Shown piece by piece: positions 1 through 12,275 of a stretch of DNA of 64,000 nucleotides. The stretch comes from Marsupella aquatica (taxonomy: Eukaryota > Plantae > Marchantiophyta): positions 17,038,754 through 17,102,753 of the forward strand of contig OZ316896.1 in the NCBI GenBank assembly GCA_973895155.1. Reading direction: 5' to 3'. Position numbers and translations under genes: made by a program. The stretch's first letter is position 1. Every line of letters starts with the position of its first letter. Under the pieces are notes generated by a model that worked only from the letters and a program-made list of their open reading frames with translations, ran no database searches and was not told the origin of the DNA.

Positions 1-1149
1 ATCGAGTGGGACTGAAGCTTTTCATTCCTACTTTTTTTCCTCGATCTTCCATCTCTTACTGTGCTATGGTGGGAAGCCACAACCTATTTGAAGGGTTCCC
101 TGGATTTGTGGTCACACCTTGCACAAGCGAAGGTTTGAAACTTGGATCGAGTGTCTCATATATTGCCAGTACTACCAGAATCTCTAGTCACCAAGCAACA
201 ACTTTTGGTAAAGTTTGGTCGACACGCATACACCTGAAATGAAGCTCGATTGCTCGGAGAATGCCTTCAAATTCGGGCAAGCCCAGAATGAAAGTACAGG
301 ACTTAAGTTTCCAACAGCGCTACGTTATGTGTCGAGGTTTAGATTAGACTGGAACAGTTCATATGTATGTATTTCATGGCCATGTTCTTCCGTCGTTCTT
401 CCCAGCTATCACAGTGCAGAGAGGAGCCAATCATCACTGTCACTGATTCTTATTGGCACTCTCTCTCTCTGTACTGTTGCTGCCCTCGTTGATGATTACA
501 CAATGGAGCTTGAGTTTGTCCATGCGTGCAGGTGTTCCAACACCAGGTGCCTGTTGGAGTGTTCTAATTGAATGGCTATTCCAACCATTTCGAAGCTTGA
601 AGCACCACTTTCATCTGTTCAAGCTGCTTTCCCCTTCTCTCCTCATAAATGAAATTTTCGAGATGTCATTGGTCCCACAGCTGACACATTTTTGAATAGC
701 CATTTTCTTCCCAGCCATATAATTATATACAATCATATCATATATAGAGACGTGGTAGGCTGCATGAGCATTGCCTTGCAGTGAGACAATTATTGCCGCA
801 TCCATTCTTGATCTGGCAACAAGACAGACACATAAATATGTGACCCCTTTGGGTAGGGCTAGTTTCCCCACTGGTTTATTATATTACCCAACTTCTGCGT
901 TCGTGAATATCTAGGGTTTCTATATGACCAGATGCCTCTCTTTATATTATACTATGTTATGAGACTCCAATGCATGTGCATTGTGCAGGAAAAGTAGGTG
1001 AGTCAAAGAAGTGCAGGTGAGACAAACAAGTATAGGTGAGGAATGGAATTGTTAAAGCATCTTATCTGTCATCAATGTCAGGGTGTGTCTCTGAGGCAAG
1101 GTGGATTTTTGAGTCCAATGCCCCTGCCTGCCTTGCACAATTACCAGTA

Positions 1150-1300
1150 GTTGTGACCAGGTTGTTGTTGTGGCCGTGTTGTGGTTGTTGAAGTCAATTG
1201 CTGTTTCAAGTGGGTTGTGATTGCCGCTATGTGATTGTTGTTGTGGCCGTGTTGTGGTTGTTGAAGTCAATTGCTGTTTCAAGTGGGTTGTCATTGTTGC
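1150..1300. repeat. ~72-bp tandem duplication
   Basis: gttgttgtggccgtgttgtggttgttgaagtcaattgctgtttcaagtgggttgt occurs twice. Confidence 0.85.
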
Positions 1301-2728
1301 TATATGGTGAATGCACATTTCAGATTTTGTCTTATTCAGATTTTTGTGTCATGTATTTTCATTTCAATCTGCCTTATTAAGGGGCAGCCTTTGTATTTTA
1401 TACATTTTTAATTAATTTTTAGACCCCTTTAGTTTTAGGTATTCTAGAGTGTTTTGAACTTATTTTGGCAGCCCCCTTTCACAGTATGTGTTTTCTTAGA
1501 GATGAAACCAAAGGCTCCACCACCACGAGTGAGAGAAATGGTGCTGAAGAACATGAATGCATAGCCTCTTAAGTTCTCCTCATGTTTTTATTTCCTAGGT
1601 TTATGGTTTTTATTGAAAGGAGTGTCATTCATAAGGCACCCTGAGTTAAGTGCACACATCGTAGCATCGTTTGACTGTACCTTTTCTTGGTCACTGTGCT
1701 TTTCTTGGCAGACACTTTACTTATATAACAGCACTTCTATGCTCTCATATTTTATTTACTTTCAGATCACTACAAGACAAAAAAATAAAACATGTTCCAG
1801 GATGAGCATGCTATATATTGTAAGAGTGTTGCCATTATGTCCATGGTGTGTGCAGTTGGAGGGTAGTGGACTGCTCATGAGGGCACAATGTCATGGTGCC
1901 CCTTGTCTCCTCCTTTCCCTCTCTGCCTCGGCCCTCCTCCCGCCCCCCTTTCCTCTCCTCCCCCTCCCTGCACAAGGGAGGCGGAGGGAGTGCGGAGGCC
2001 ATGACAGCGGTTGGATCCCGGTGCGGTCGCGTGGTTTTGCAGGGTGGGTTCTTGGCAAATCCAATGGTAGCAAAAAATATATCATATAGTATGACCACAG
2101 TTTGTTCCCACCCATTTTGTGTTTTGTAAGCAAGTGCACCAAAAGTTGGTGGGATTGCATATTTAATGTGTGGATCTTCTTGGCCTTTTTTTCAGCCTCA
2201 TTGTTACTGCACAGTTTTGTTCTTCCATACTAAGATAATGATTGCATGAAATGAACATTCTACAATTGGCTCTCTTCAAGTGCAAATTCCATAAGTGCAG
2301 ATTCTGACTAAGCGCAAGAAAATCTGTTCTTCCCTTTTATATTACTCAGAATTTGCGCCTTTTTTGCAATTTTTTATAAGTGCAAAAAGGCCTGGAATGA
2401 ATTTTTGATACATGTGAACCCGATTGTTGTGTGATAAGATTAAGTGTTGTTTTTTTCTACCTATATAAGTGCTTTTTTATGCCTGACAGAAATTGCAAAT
2501 CGCAGCATACTGTGAAAAATTCTAGGCACCCACAGGTTGAATGGATTTGTTATACCATGATAAACCCTAAAATGCTACGCACCCATACACAGGTTGAATG
2601 TATTTTTAATACCATGATAAACCCTCCTATTCTTTTATATCACTGAGAGTTGTTACTTTCAAATATCAGATTGCTTTTTTGATCTGCAATTATCACTACC
2701 CATTTTTGATGTGCTTTTTACAAGGACA

Positions 2729-3125
2729 TGTAATTATGAGTTACAGTAGGTGCCCAGGGACTGTACTGTAATTATGAGTTACAGTAAGTACCCAGACTCC
2801 CAGAGCCGATTTATGTGCTTCTGATGTGATTTTACAGGGAAGTGTAATTATGAGTTACAGTAGGTGCCGAGGGGCTATCCTGTAACTACGAGTTACAGTA
2901 CGTGCCCAGATACTCTGCTCTAATTATGAGTTCCAGTACGTGTCCAGATACTATGACCTTACTATGCTGTAATTATGAGTTATAGTAGGTGAGACCATAG
3001 ACCAATTATGAGGTAGGTTCCCATAGACCCAAAGAGACAGAATCACAGATGACTACTGGACTGGAAGAAATCAGCTTCAGAATTCATAGCACTGACACGT
3101 GGAATGTAATTATGAGTTAGGTATC
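2729..3125. repeat. Degenerate minisatellite with core gtaattatgagttacagtaggtgcccag
   Basis: About 7-8 imperfect copies of the core with variable spacing. Confidence 0.8.
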
Positions 3126-3926
3126 CAGAGACTCAAGAGACAGAAATCAATTACAGCAGACTGTATAGTTAGTTACTGGGAACCTTACTTTGAGAGGTGA
3201 GCAAGTAAGAGTTACCCTGGATTATTGGCAACAAATCATGAGTATGGCAGGATCCCCATGTTAACAGGTGACTCATTGGGAAACTTAGCTTGAGAGGCAC
3301 GAGCAAGTGAGAGTCACCCTGGAGGTAGCAAATCATGAGTATGGCAGGCTAATTCAGTTTTTATTGTTCAGTGTACATCAATTGTACCGATTGTACTCTA
3401 GCTTAACAGAATGTCCATGTTCACAAAAGGATGGCAGGCTGTTTAAAGCCCTGTCTGAGGGCCTTCCGCTTCCACGTTTGCCCAAAGTCACCTGATCAGG
3501 AGTTCATTGTATTAAATTTCATGGAGGCCGACAGTTTGCTGTAAGTCGTTATTCTCCGGGCTGGAGTGCAATCGCCGTGAGGTTTGGCTCTCTTAGTTTA
3601 CATCTCTATTATCAACATGATCTCGCTCATTCACTTTCTCAAGTGCTGCTTCCCAGATCGCGCGATTTTCTCGTGCGGGGAGCTGCATGCGGATCTTTAG
3701 CGAGCGAGCGATCGGCGATCGAGCGATCAACATTGCTTGCCTCACGTTGAGCTCACATTGGGTTTTTGGAGGGCCGTATTTCAGTTATCGTTGCTATTAC
3801 TGTCATCATTGCCGAGGGACATTACGTAATCCATGGAGCTGATCTCTCCTCCGTGTTCAAGAACAGGAGCTGGAACTGCAGCAGCTCTGTTCTGGCCACT
3901 ATTTAGAACTTCTTAGAGCTTTTTGA

Positions 3927-4510
3927 AGTGGTATCACGAGCTGTCGAGATCAGATAGAATACAGTAGTAGCCTCTGTGGACAACGTCTCGAGATCACAGA
4001 GCGCTGTGCAGAGGAAGAATACTTAAATTAGAGAACGGTATCACGAGCTGCTGAGATCAAACAGACTACAGTAGTAGCTTCTGTGTACAACTCTCGAGAT
4101 CACAGAGCACTTTGCAGCAGAAGAGGGTTCATTAGAAAGTGGTGTCACGAGTTGTCGAGATCACACAGACTACAGTAGTAGCCTCTGTGGACAACTCTCG
4201 AGATCACTAGCGCTTTCCAGCAGAAGAGGATTTAATTAGAGAGTGGTATTACGAGCTGTCGAGATCGAACAGACTACAGTAGTAGCCTCTGTGTACAACT
4301 CTAGAGATCACAGAGCGCTTTGCAGCAGAAGAGGATTCAATTAGAGATTGGTGTCACGAGTTGTCGAGATCAAACAGATTACAGTAGTAGCCTCTGTGTA
4401 CATTTAAACTCCCGAGATCAAAGAGCGCTTTGCAGCAGAGGAGTACTCAAAGATTCGGGAGTGGTATCACGAGATATTGAGATCGAACAGACTACAGTAG
4501 TAGCCTCTGC
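3927..4510. repeat. ~105-bp tandem repeat, ~5.5 copies, upstream of the lipase
   Basis: gtggtatcacgagctgtcgagatc...actacagtagtagcctctgtg recurs at ~3929, 4037, 4140, 4243, 4350 and 4463. Confidence 0.9.
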
Positions 4511-5005
4511 GCTGATTAGAGAGGGCAACGGAGGTCGTATACGACTAGACCGGACAAGCCCAGAAGAGCAAATGTTCTCTGAATGATAGTACCATAGTTA
4601 GTAGTAGTTTGTACTGGCACAGCAACTTACGGAGTATGATCCATTTCAGGACAGCCGCGTAATCGCTGTCGGTGGACAAATTTCTTGGAACGTAATGTTG
4701 TGAATGTGCAATTTGGTGGGTAGAGGGAGGAGATTCGGAGCCCTCAAGGAGTGTCGCGCACACCGAGAGGTCATTCTCACGCCAGAAAACTTCGCTTTGA
4801 TCATCAGAGGTTCCTTGCGTGATGAGACGAGAGATTCATTCATTCATGTACTGTATTGTACAGCATTGTCCCTTCATGACGAAGAATTTGAGCTTGGCCT
4901 CAGCTCTGGCCTAGCTGGCTAGCTTTGCGAGGAGGCGGACAGACAGACAGGCAGGTGGGTGGGTCGGCGGGAGGGCGTTGGAGTAAGGGCCAGTGGGAAA
5001 TCATC

Positions 5006-8000
5006 ATGACTACGAGCAAAGCCGTCCATGGCAATTTTTCAAACATTCGGGTTGCAGCAGCGTTGTTGGTGGTGGTGTTGGATGTCACATTCACCAGAAC
5101 TCTGACAGCGGTGAAGGCAGCCAGTTTGTGCGACAACTTCATTTCACCCCTCGGATACGCTTGCAAAGAATACACAGTAATCTTCTCTCAACTTCTAGTC
5201 CAAGTTCCTTCTTCTTCTTCTTCTTCTTCTTCTTCTAATGCCTAGTATCTTGGAGGAAGGGTTCTGTGCGGAATCTTCTCTAGCTTTCAAACCTTCAAGT
5301 GCCTCCTGTACGATGAACCAAGTTTGTGAGAGGACTCGAGTGGTAATGTGGGGTCTACGTAGTTCTGCCGGAATTTCTCTGTAGCTCCGAAAATAGCAGA
5401 TGAGATTACTCCAGCTAGATATTTGACGTCGAAAATTGGGTTTATTATCTTCCCAGTGTCATGCTCTATGTCTGGTTATAAACCCAAGGGCTACGAGAAG
5501 GTCTCACCTTTGCACGTATAGCAGTTTAAAAATTCATCTGTATTAGCATCTCGGCTCCGAGTTCTGGTAGAAGGCACTATTGCAGTGACCGTCGATATTG
5601 TGGATTGAATTTGGTGATTCAAGCATTTCTCATTTGGCATGCTGCCGTTTCTTCATCAAGAAAATTGTCTTAGCTAAGGAGTTCAGGAACGTCTTTACTA
5701 CATCTCGTCTATTGGGCACGGAGCTCTGTTGGACAGTATCGACAGCGCTACAGAGGTGGTCCAATTGTAGAAGCGCTAGTCGTAATTCAGGAGTCGCACT
5801 TTATTGCACAGTACTATACAGCTATACAGCCTTTTCAGGAATTATTAACTTGTGACCATTAAGTATCGACGGCTTCAGCAAACTCAAACATTTGGCCTCA
5901 TTATCATCTCCGAAATTGTGGAGAGTGACGTACCCCTGCTTCATTCCATTCATCTAGCTTTCAGATAGTTTTCAGATCGTTCGAGAATGTTTCGAATAGA
6001 AGCGATGCATAGCCCATCTTGGACTTTGCACCAATTTCGCATAGCTGGTCCTCTGGCTGCCAAAATGCTACTAACCGATTAATATTCTTTGAATCATCCT
6101 CATCATTCAAATCACCTGAGTGCAGAAAATTTGGCTCTGTCTCGAGTTCGAAGCCTGCGAAGAACTTTATGCTTTAGCAGGATGCTTGCAATGACCATAT
6201 ATTGCATGTTGCAATTTCCAGTACTAATCTCGATCATTTTTCACGCACCTTCTAGATGTACATCCTCAATAGGTATCGTCGATTCTTGTTAGTTCATGAA
6301 CAGTCATTCAAAACATGAGGTGGTCCGATGCTGAACTAGTTTTAACTCCAGATATAATTGTCAGTTCAGAATTTCTGCTATCAAGTGGTTATCAATCCCG
6401 CTATATCTCAGCCGGGTTGCTCTTAAAATGAACAATCATTTAAGTTCGGGTCACAGATTAGGACTAATTTAGAGTATCGAGAGCCACTGCTGTGATAGAC
6501 TGACCGATGGAAACCTCCCTCAGAGTGTTATCAAACTTTAGAAGGTAGGTCCATGTAGACTCGGGGTTCGCAATTTTATCGCATGGCTTTCTTGTTGAGG
6601 ATCTCTAGCACTCATGGTCACTGAAGGTACATTTGTGGATTAAAGGATCCTTTGCTGAAGCTGGAACATCCTTTAATCGTCCCTAAGGTGTGATCTAACT
6701 CCCAAATTGTGGGTATGCAGGTGGAAACCTCGGATGGATTTCTGCTAGGTTTGTACAACATACCATATGGTGTTGCTGGACCCAGTTCCTCAGACAGGCG
6801 ACCAGTGCTGTTATTCCACGGTTTCCAAGCTGTAAGTACTTCGTCGAGATGGGCCCGGCAATATAGTTTTCGTGCGTGTGTTGCAATCCTGAAGTTTGAA
6901 ATTTGAAACTTTCTCTACCTCACTCTTCCACCTCGCCGTTGCTTCCTATCGCTGCTATTACTCTTGTCGTATGTCATAGCTCAGGCTTAATTATCTCTGA
7001 TAAAAGAGTCAATTGAAGTGACACGCTCATGTGAGCAAAATGAATGAGGCAAGGGTGGACAAGATTGCAAATCTCTTAGTTGTTAACCGAATCAGAGAAC
7101 ATTGAACTTAAATCCCAGAATGCTACGTTTGATACCTTAAATGCTTTGTTTCGGTGTCCCAGATTCACTTCAGGTCGCTGGGTCTCACTCTTGTCGTTAG
7201 GTTTCCCTTCTTACCTATGTGGTTTTCATCGACTCGGCGGTCCAATCCAACTGTCTCAAATCACATCCAAATGCAAGCTCGCTGTCAATCTAGGGATCAT
7301 GATCTCCCTTTTAACACCAAGCGTAAAATGATCCTATCACGTTTTAATGACTTTCTATTCAGATTCAGGGATATTGTCGAGGTGGGTGTGTTCTTGAGTT
7401 TTACGGATCTGATCTGATCGTCATTGTTTGGTTGATACCAGGCGGGAGACAACTGGGTGATCAATTCGGCAGAGGAATCTTTGGGGACCATATTGGCCGA
7501 TAAAGGGTATGACGTGTGGATTGGTAACAACCGCAACGTCGTCTGGAGCAAAGGGAACACGAAGTATGGCTACAATGATTCGGTATGTCCTTGAATTTTG
7601 AGTAGCCTAGAGTGCGGTCACTTCTGAATCTCTAGACTCATTTCTTCTGTTTCCATTGGTTGACCACATTCTTATTGGACTCTTCAATCTTCCGGTTTTG
7701 AACTTTCTTTAGTGACCTGGCAATATCGTGTCGCTTGATTGGCGCGGGACGATTTATTTGTTGTCAGGAAGGATTTCAGTAGGAATATAAAATGACTTTT
7801 GAATGCTTTGTCTAGTTTGGTTGTCGCAAAGAAGTATTGATAATGGTAAGGAGTACACGAATGCCCTGGCTCTTCGCTGAATGATGCGCTTTGTGGATTG
7901 TAGGGATACTGGGATTGGAGCTGGGATGAGCTGGCGGCCTACGATGTGGTCTCCTCGATTGATTTTGTGTACAAGCAGCGCGGAAACACACCAGTTTCCT

Positions 8001-10115
8001 ATATTTGTCACTCTCAAGTATGAAACTCGATTCAATTTTCTCACTAAAGTACTGCTGTAAGGAAAACATATGCATGTTTCGCACAAAAGAGGCTTATGTT
8101 TTCGGGGTTAGTCTTGGTCTGGCGTTTGGCTGAGCCCGGGCTTTCGTGCCTAGGTAAGATCTACAGGTGATTAACCGTGATCATCTGGACGTGGGAGATC
8201 ATGACCCCCTTGTTTTCAAACCAAGAAGCTGACAATATAATGGTTGACATGATATATATAATAAGAGACTTCCCTGTTTCAATGAAATCCGCACTGACAC
8301 GACATGATGAAGATCATACCGAAACTGATCCATGGCGTGCATTCTTAGGAACTCGTCAGTTTGATAACGATGGTCACTTTGAGACCAACATCCTAGACAG
8401 TCGAAGAGAGCGCCAACTTTAATAGTTGTCATAGGCAAATGTGTGTGGGAATTCCTGGACATTGAGATCAAACTTCAGAACGTTACAAAGCTTTCAAAAT
8501 AATTAAACCAGTTTTTTGGGGTGTGGTAGGGCTGTATGACTCTCCTTGCCGCTTTGACTGGCACGCCGTTGAGGGCTCAAGCAGAGAGCCAGTTGAGATT
8601 GGCAGTGATGCTCGCTCCTTTTGCGTATACTGCTCATATCAGCGCCCCACTGCAGAACTTCATCCTCAGCAGCTATGGCGACACAGTACGTGCCAATGCT
8701 CAAAGCAAGTACAGGAGTGAAAACTTTAAGCTTCCTAAACATCGAAAAGTAGTTGATGACCTCGACAATCAGAGATTCTGCTTAACTAGCAGTCATGAAG
8801 TTTTCTGCATAAGCATCCCTAGTAGCCTTCTGCCATTGCTGTTCTTCACGTACCAACTGAGTCGATGATGTCTTTGCGTACCCAGATTCCCATATTGCTC
8901 GGCCTTGGTCCAGTGGACGGAACTATGTAAGTGGTCTTAAGCCTTTCAATTGTGAATTAGCATTGTGAATGTGCAAGTACCTTTTCGTTTCGATGTCAAC
9001 GTACTTCACCAGGTTTTGTGGTGAGCCCAAAGTGGCCCTAGAAACTGAAGGTATTGTTGATCAACAACCCCCTAAGAGTTTTGTAAGTAACATTCTAGCG
9101 GTGTTGTGTATTTGCCAGATTGGTCAGCAACGTTTGCAAACAAGGTCAACAGGCTTGCGATAACTTAATCCGTGGACTGACGGGTATGCGCGTTCGGCTA
9201 AGCTTTCCAAACCCCAAATGAATATGCACCCAAAACTTGAACCTTTTGGTGCGTGGCTGTCAGATGTCTGTATGTAACGATGTGTAGGACCTCCCTGTCA
9301 GTAGTTTCATCGAACCCACCATTCATTCCAGCTATGCACTGAATCTTTTCTGTTGACACTGGCAGGTCCATCCAGTTTTCTCAATGACACTCGCACCCCT
9401 TTTTATTTGAAAGTCTTCCCTCAAGTGACTTCCAGCAAGAACTACAACCACTATGGCCAAGGTAAGCACTCAGTAACAGGCCGTAGATGCTATTACTGAA
9501 AACAGATTTACTGAACTTGTTAATCTCTGTGTAAATCATCAACAGACCATATGTCAAGTTTTTAGTAAAACGTTTCCTTCATGCCATAGTTTTGTCAGTT
9601 ACAAGCATGGAATAAATTTACTCCCTTCTTAGTGAAAGTGTTGTATTCTCATCTGTTTGTTCATACTTGAAAACTGGTCGTTAAGTAGAATTCTAACTAT
9701 AAGTCTGTCTGAAAACTATACACGATTTTCCAATCTAGTAATTGAGGAATGATTTGAGTGGAATTTCCTTTGAGCCTGCCTGGAATGCCTTTCTTTTCTT
9801 GCAGTCAAACGAAATGGATTGTTTCAGAAGTACGACAAAGGCCCCATTGAGAATATGCTCACTTACGGCCAACTTGAACCCCCACTCTACGACCTTTCCA
9901 CATTTCCAACCAGTTTTCCAGTGCAAATTTTCAGCGGTGGCAGAGATGGATTAGCGGACCCAGAGGACACTCAAAAGACCCTCTCGAGCCTTCCAAGTAC
10001 TCTTAACAAAGAAGTTCATAACATTCCAAACTATGGTCATCTTGATTTCATAGTAGGTGATCATGCTTACCTGGACATCTATCCTCTTGTGCTGTCCTTC
10101 TTAAAGTCACACTGA
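5006..10115 (+). CDS. Triacylglycerol lipase, acid-lipase / plant LIP1-like alpha/beta hydrolase, 9 exons
   Basis: GT-AG exons 5006-5176, 6721-6831, 7442-7582, 7904-8017, 8530-8685, 8886-8926, 9119-9183, 9366-9461 and 9805-10115 join in frame. Motifs: signal-peptide-like N-terminus, [45 protein letters not shown], nucleophile [14 protein letters not shown] (Asp), YGHLDFI (His). Confidence 0.93.
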
Positions 10116-12275
10116 AGAATGCTCAGAAAGATCTAAGATGCAATGCAATTGGGAAAGAACTACTCTTTCACCTTACATTCCGTGGCAACAGATTAGACCT
10201 GTGGATTGAATAGATCAAGCTTTCAGAACTTTTGAAGGTGATAAAAACTTTCCCACTATTTTGTAGCCTTAATTGGAAAGGTTAAGAACTGGCCTACAAT
10301 GGATTAGACGATGAAGAGGTAAACTTTCATCACTCAAACGCCTGACTGCTCTATTAGAGTAGAGAGCTAAGATTTGGGCTCGGGGGATAGTTTGTCTAGT
10401 CCATCCATGTCAAAATTCATTGATCTAAGAGTATGAGCTGACTCAGGTAGAATGTGTCCCACCCACCTATGTCATAGCAACATGGCTACTAGAAAGCTTG
10501 GTTGCTGGACTTATCCAGAAGTAAGCGCACCTTTCGATGTTAGTCCTCGTAGTCTGGAGAGCAATTTTAAACATGCTCCAATTTCCGGCCCATCACATTA
10601 CTTATAATATTTCAGATGTGACTTCCTTAGGATGAAGAAGTGTCCAAACTGTATCTTCTGCATGCATCAAATTGACAAACACTCGTAGATACTGCCTTTC
10701 TCATGTCCACCTTCTCTTGGACCTTTCGGAACATGGGCTTTGGTCCTCCTCTTCCAACAGAGTTCTTGCTACTATTAGTACTGGGGCCCTTCGTCCATGG
10801 TCATTATCAATCGCCACAAAAGTGAGGTTGTTCATATTTCAATTGCTCAGTCAAGGCTGCCCCTTTCAAATCTAGGCTGCTTGCATGCTACATTACTTGT
10901 TGCATTTGTTACATGAGTACATAAGGGAACTGAGTGATTGGTGGTTGATGACCTACTGAAGCAGTGCGGTTTGCAAATGGAACTGTCCAAACGAGGTGGA
11001 CAAATTGTACCCCACCCAAAAGGATGGTGTACAGTTTAGGACAGAACACGCTCTTTAAGTTAGAACAGAAATTGCTCCGATCGACTTAGAGAACCGTGAT
11101 GGACACAAACCAAACTCACAGAACATCATTTCCGATCTTTCCAAGAGCCCGTAGCTCATGCTTTCTTGCAGTTTTTTCAGAGTACTTTGCTCCTTTGTAA
11201 AAATCTGTTGTGGGGGGTGTCCATTCAGTCTCCAATATTTTGTTACAATTTTTCAGAGTATTTTGATTCTGTTGTGTCACTGTTTGAGTGAGTTACAATT
11301 TTTTCAGAGTACTATGCTCCTATTTTATCAGTGTCTTGAGTGTGTCCATTCAGTCTCCCATATCAACCTTTGTGTCTATTTTGTTACACTAGCATCACTT
11401 ATGTCTCTAGTTATTTTTTGGAAACTCTTGAGTAAATCTCTAATGATTTTACACTCCAGGCTGAGCTGGTCTCGTCTTTGTTCAGTTTCCCTAGTTAGTT
11501 TTGATTAATTCTCCATCCAAATTTGTAAAAAGTACATAAAATATAATCTTTAGCAGTCCTTATTCACATTAATGCAATTAGAAAGTAACTGTCGCAGTAA
11601 CCAGTAATAAAACTGAATCTACTGCTTGTCTTGAAGCTCTAGTACGATCAAACTCAAACCCATGCAACTGTAGGTCCCTTGTTTGGCACCTCAGACTTCT
11701 GCTCTTTAAGCTTCAAGGGCACATAACAAGGGAGCTCAAAATAGCACAATCCATATCAGACTTCCTATCATTCCGTTTGGAATACCTCCTAAATTCGGGA
11801 ACACTGTTGTTGCAAACTAGCACGCATTTGCAATGTAGCATCTGCCAAGATGCTCAAGTATAGGAAGCATAAGGGAAACATAGCCCACTTGCGCTCTCGT
11901 TCAGCTCCAAAAAGCTACTGAATCTCGAGTTCTCGTGCAGAGTTGTAGAGGCCCTCCAGAAAGAAATTATATTTATACCACCCTGAAACTCAAACAAATT
12001 GCTTTGCTTGATGCTGACGACCTTGGTCACCAAAGAGATCAGGGTCTTATTCCAATCTAATCTGGCTCCCTTGTTGAACATTGTCTACCGGGGCTACGAA
12101 ATGGCCTCAAATCTCTGATTGAGGATTGGCATGATTGCGAGCAACAGAGAGCTCCCGTGGTGAATAGAACTGGCATCGAGCAACACGAGCTCTATCGTAC
12201 AATTTGAGAACCATCGGAGAAGATCCGTGACAAGCTTAACTCTGAAGCAGGCTGTTTCATGCAGTGTATTACCCA

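Noticed and set aside
2729-4510. Repeat-spacer-like pattern resembling a CRISPR array
   Set aside because: Eukaryotic DNA, degenerate repeats, homologous intervening sequences and no cas genes.
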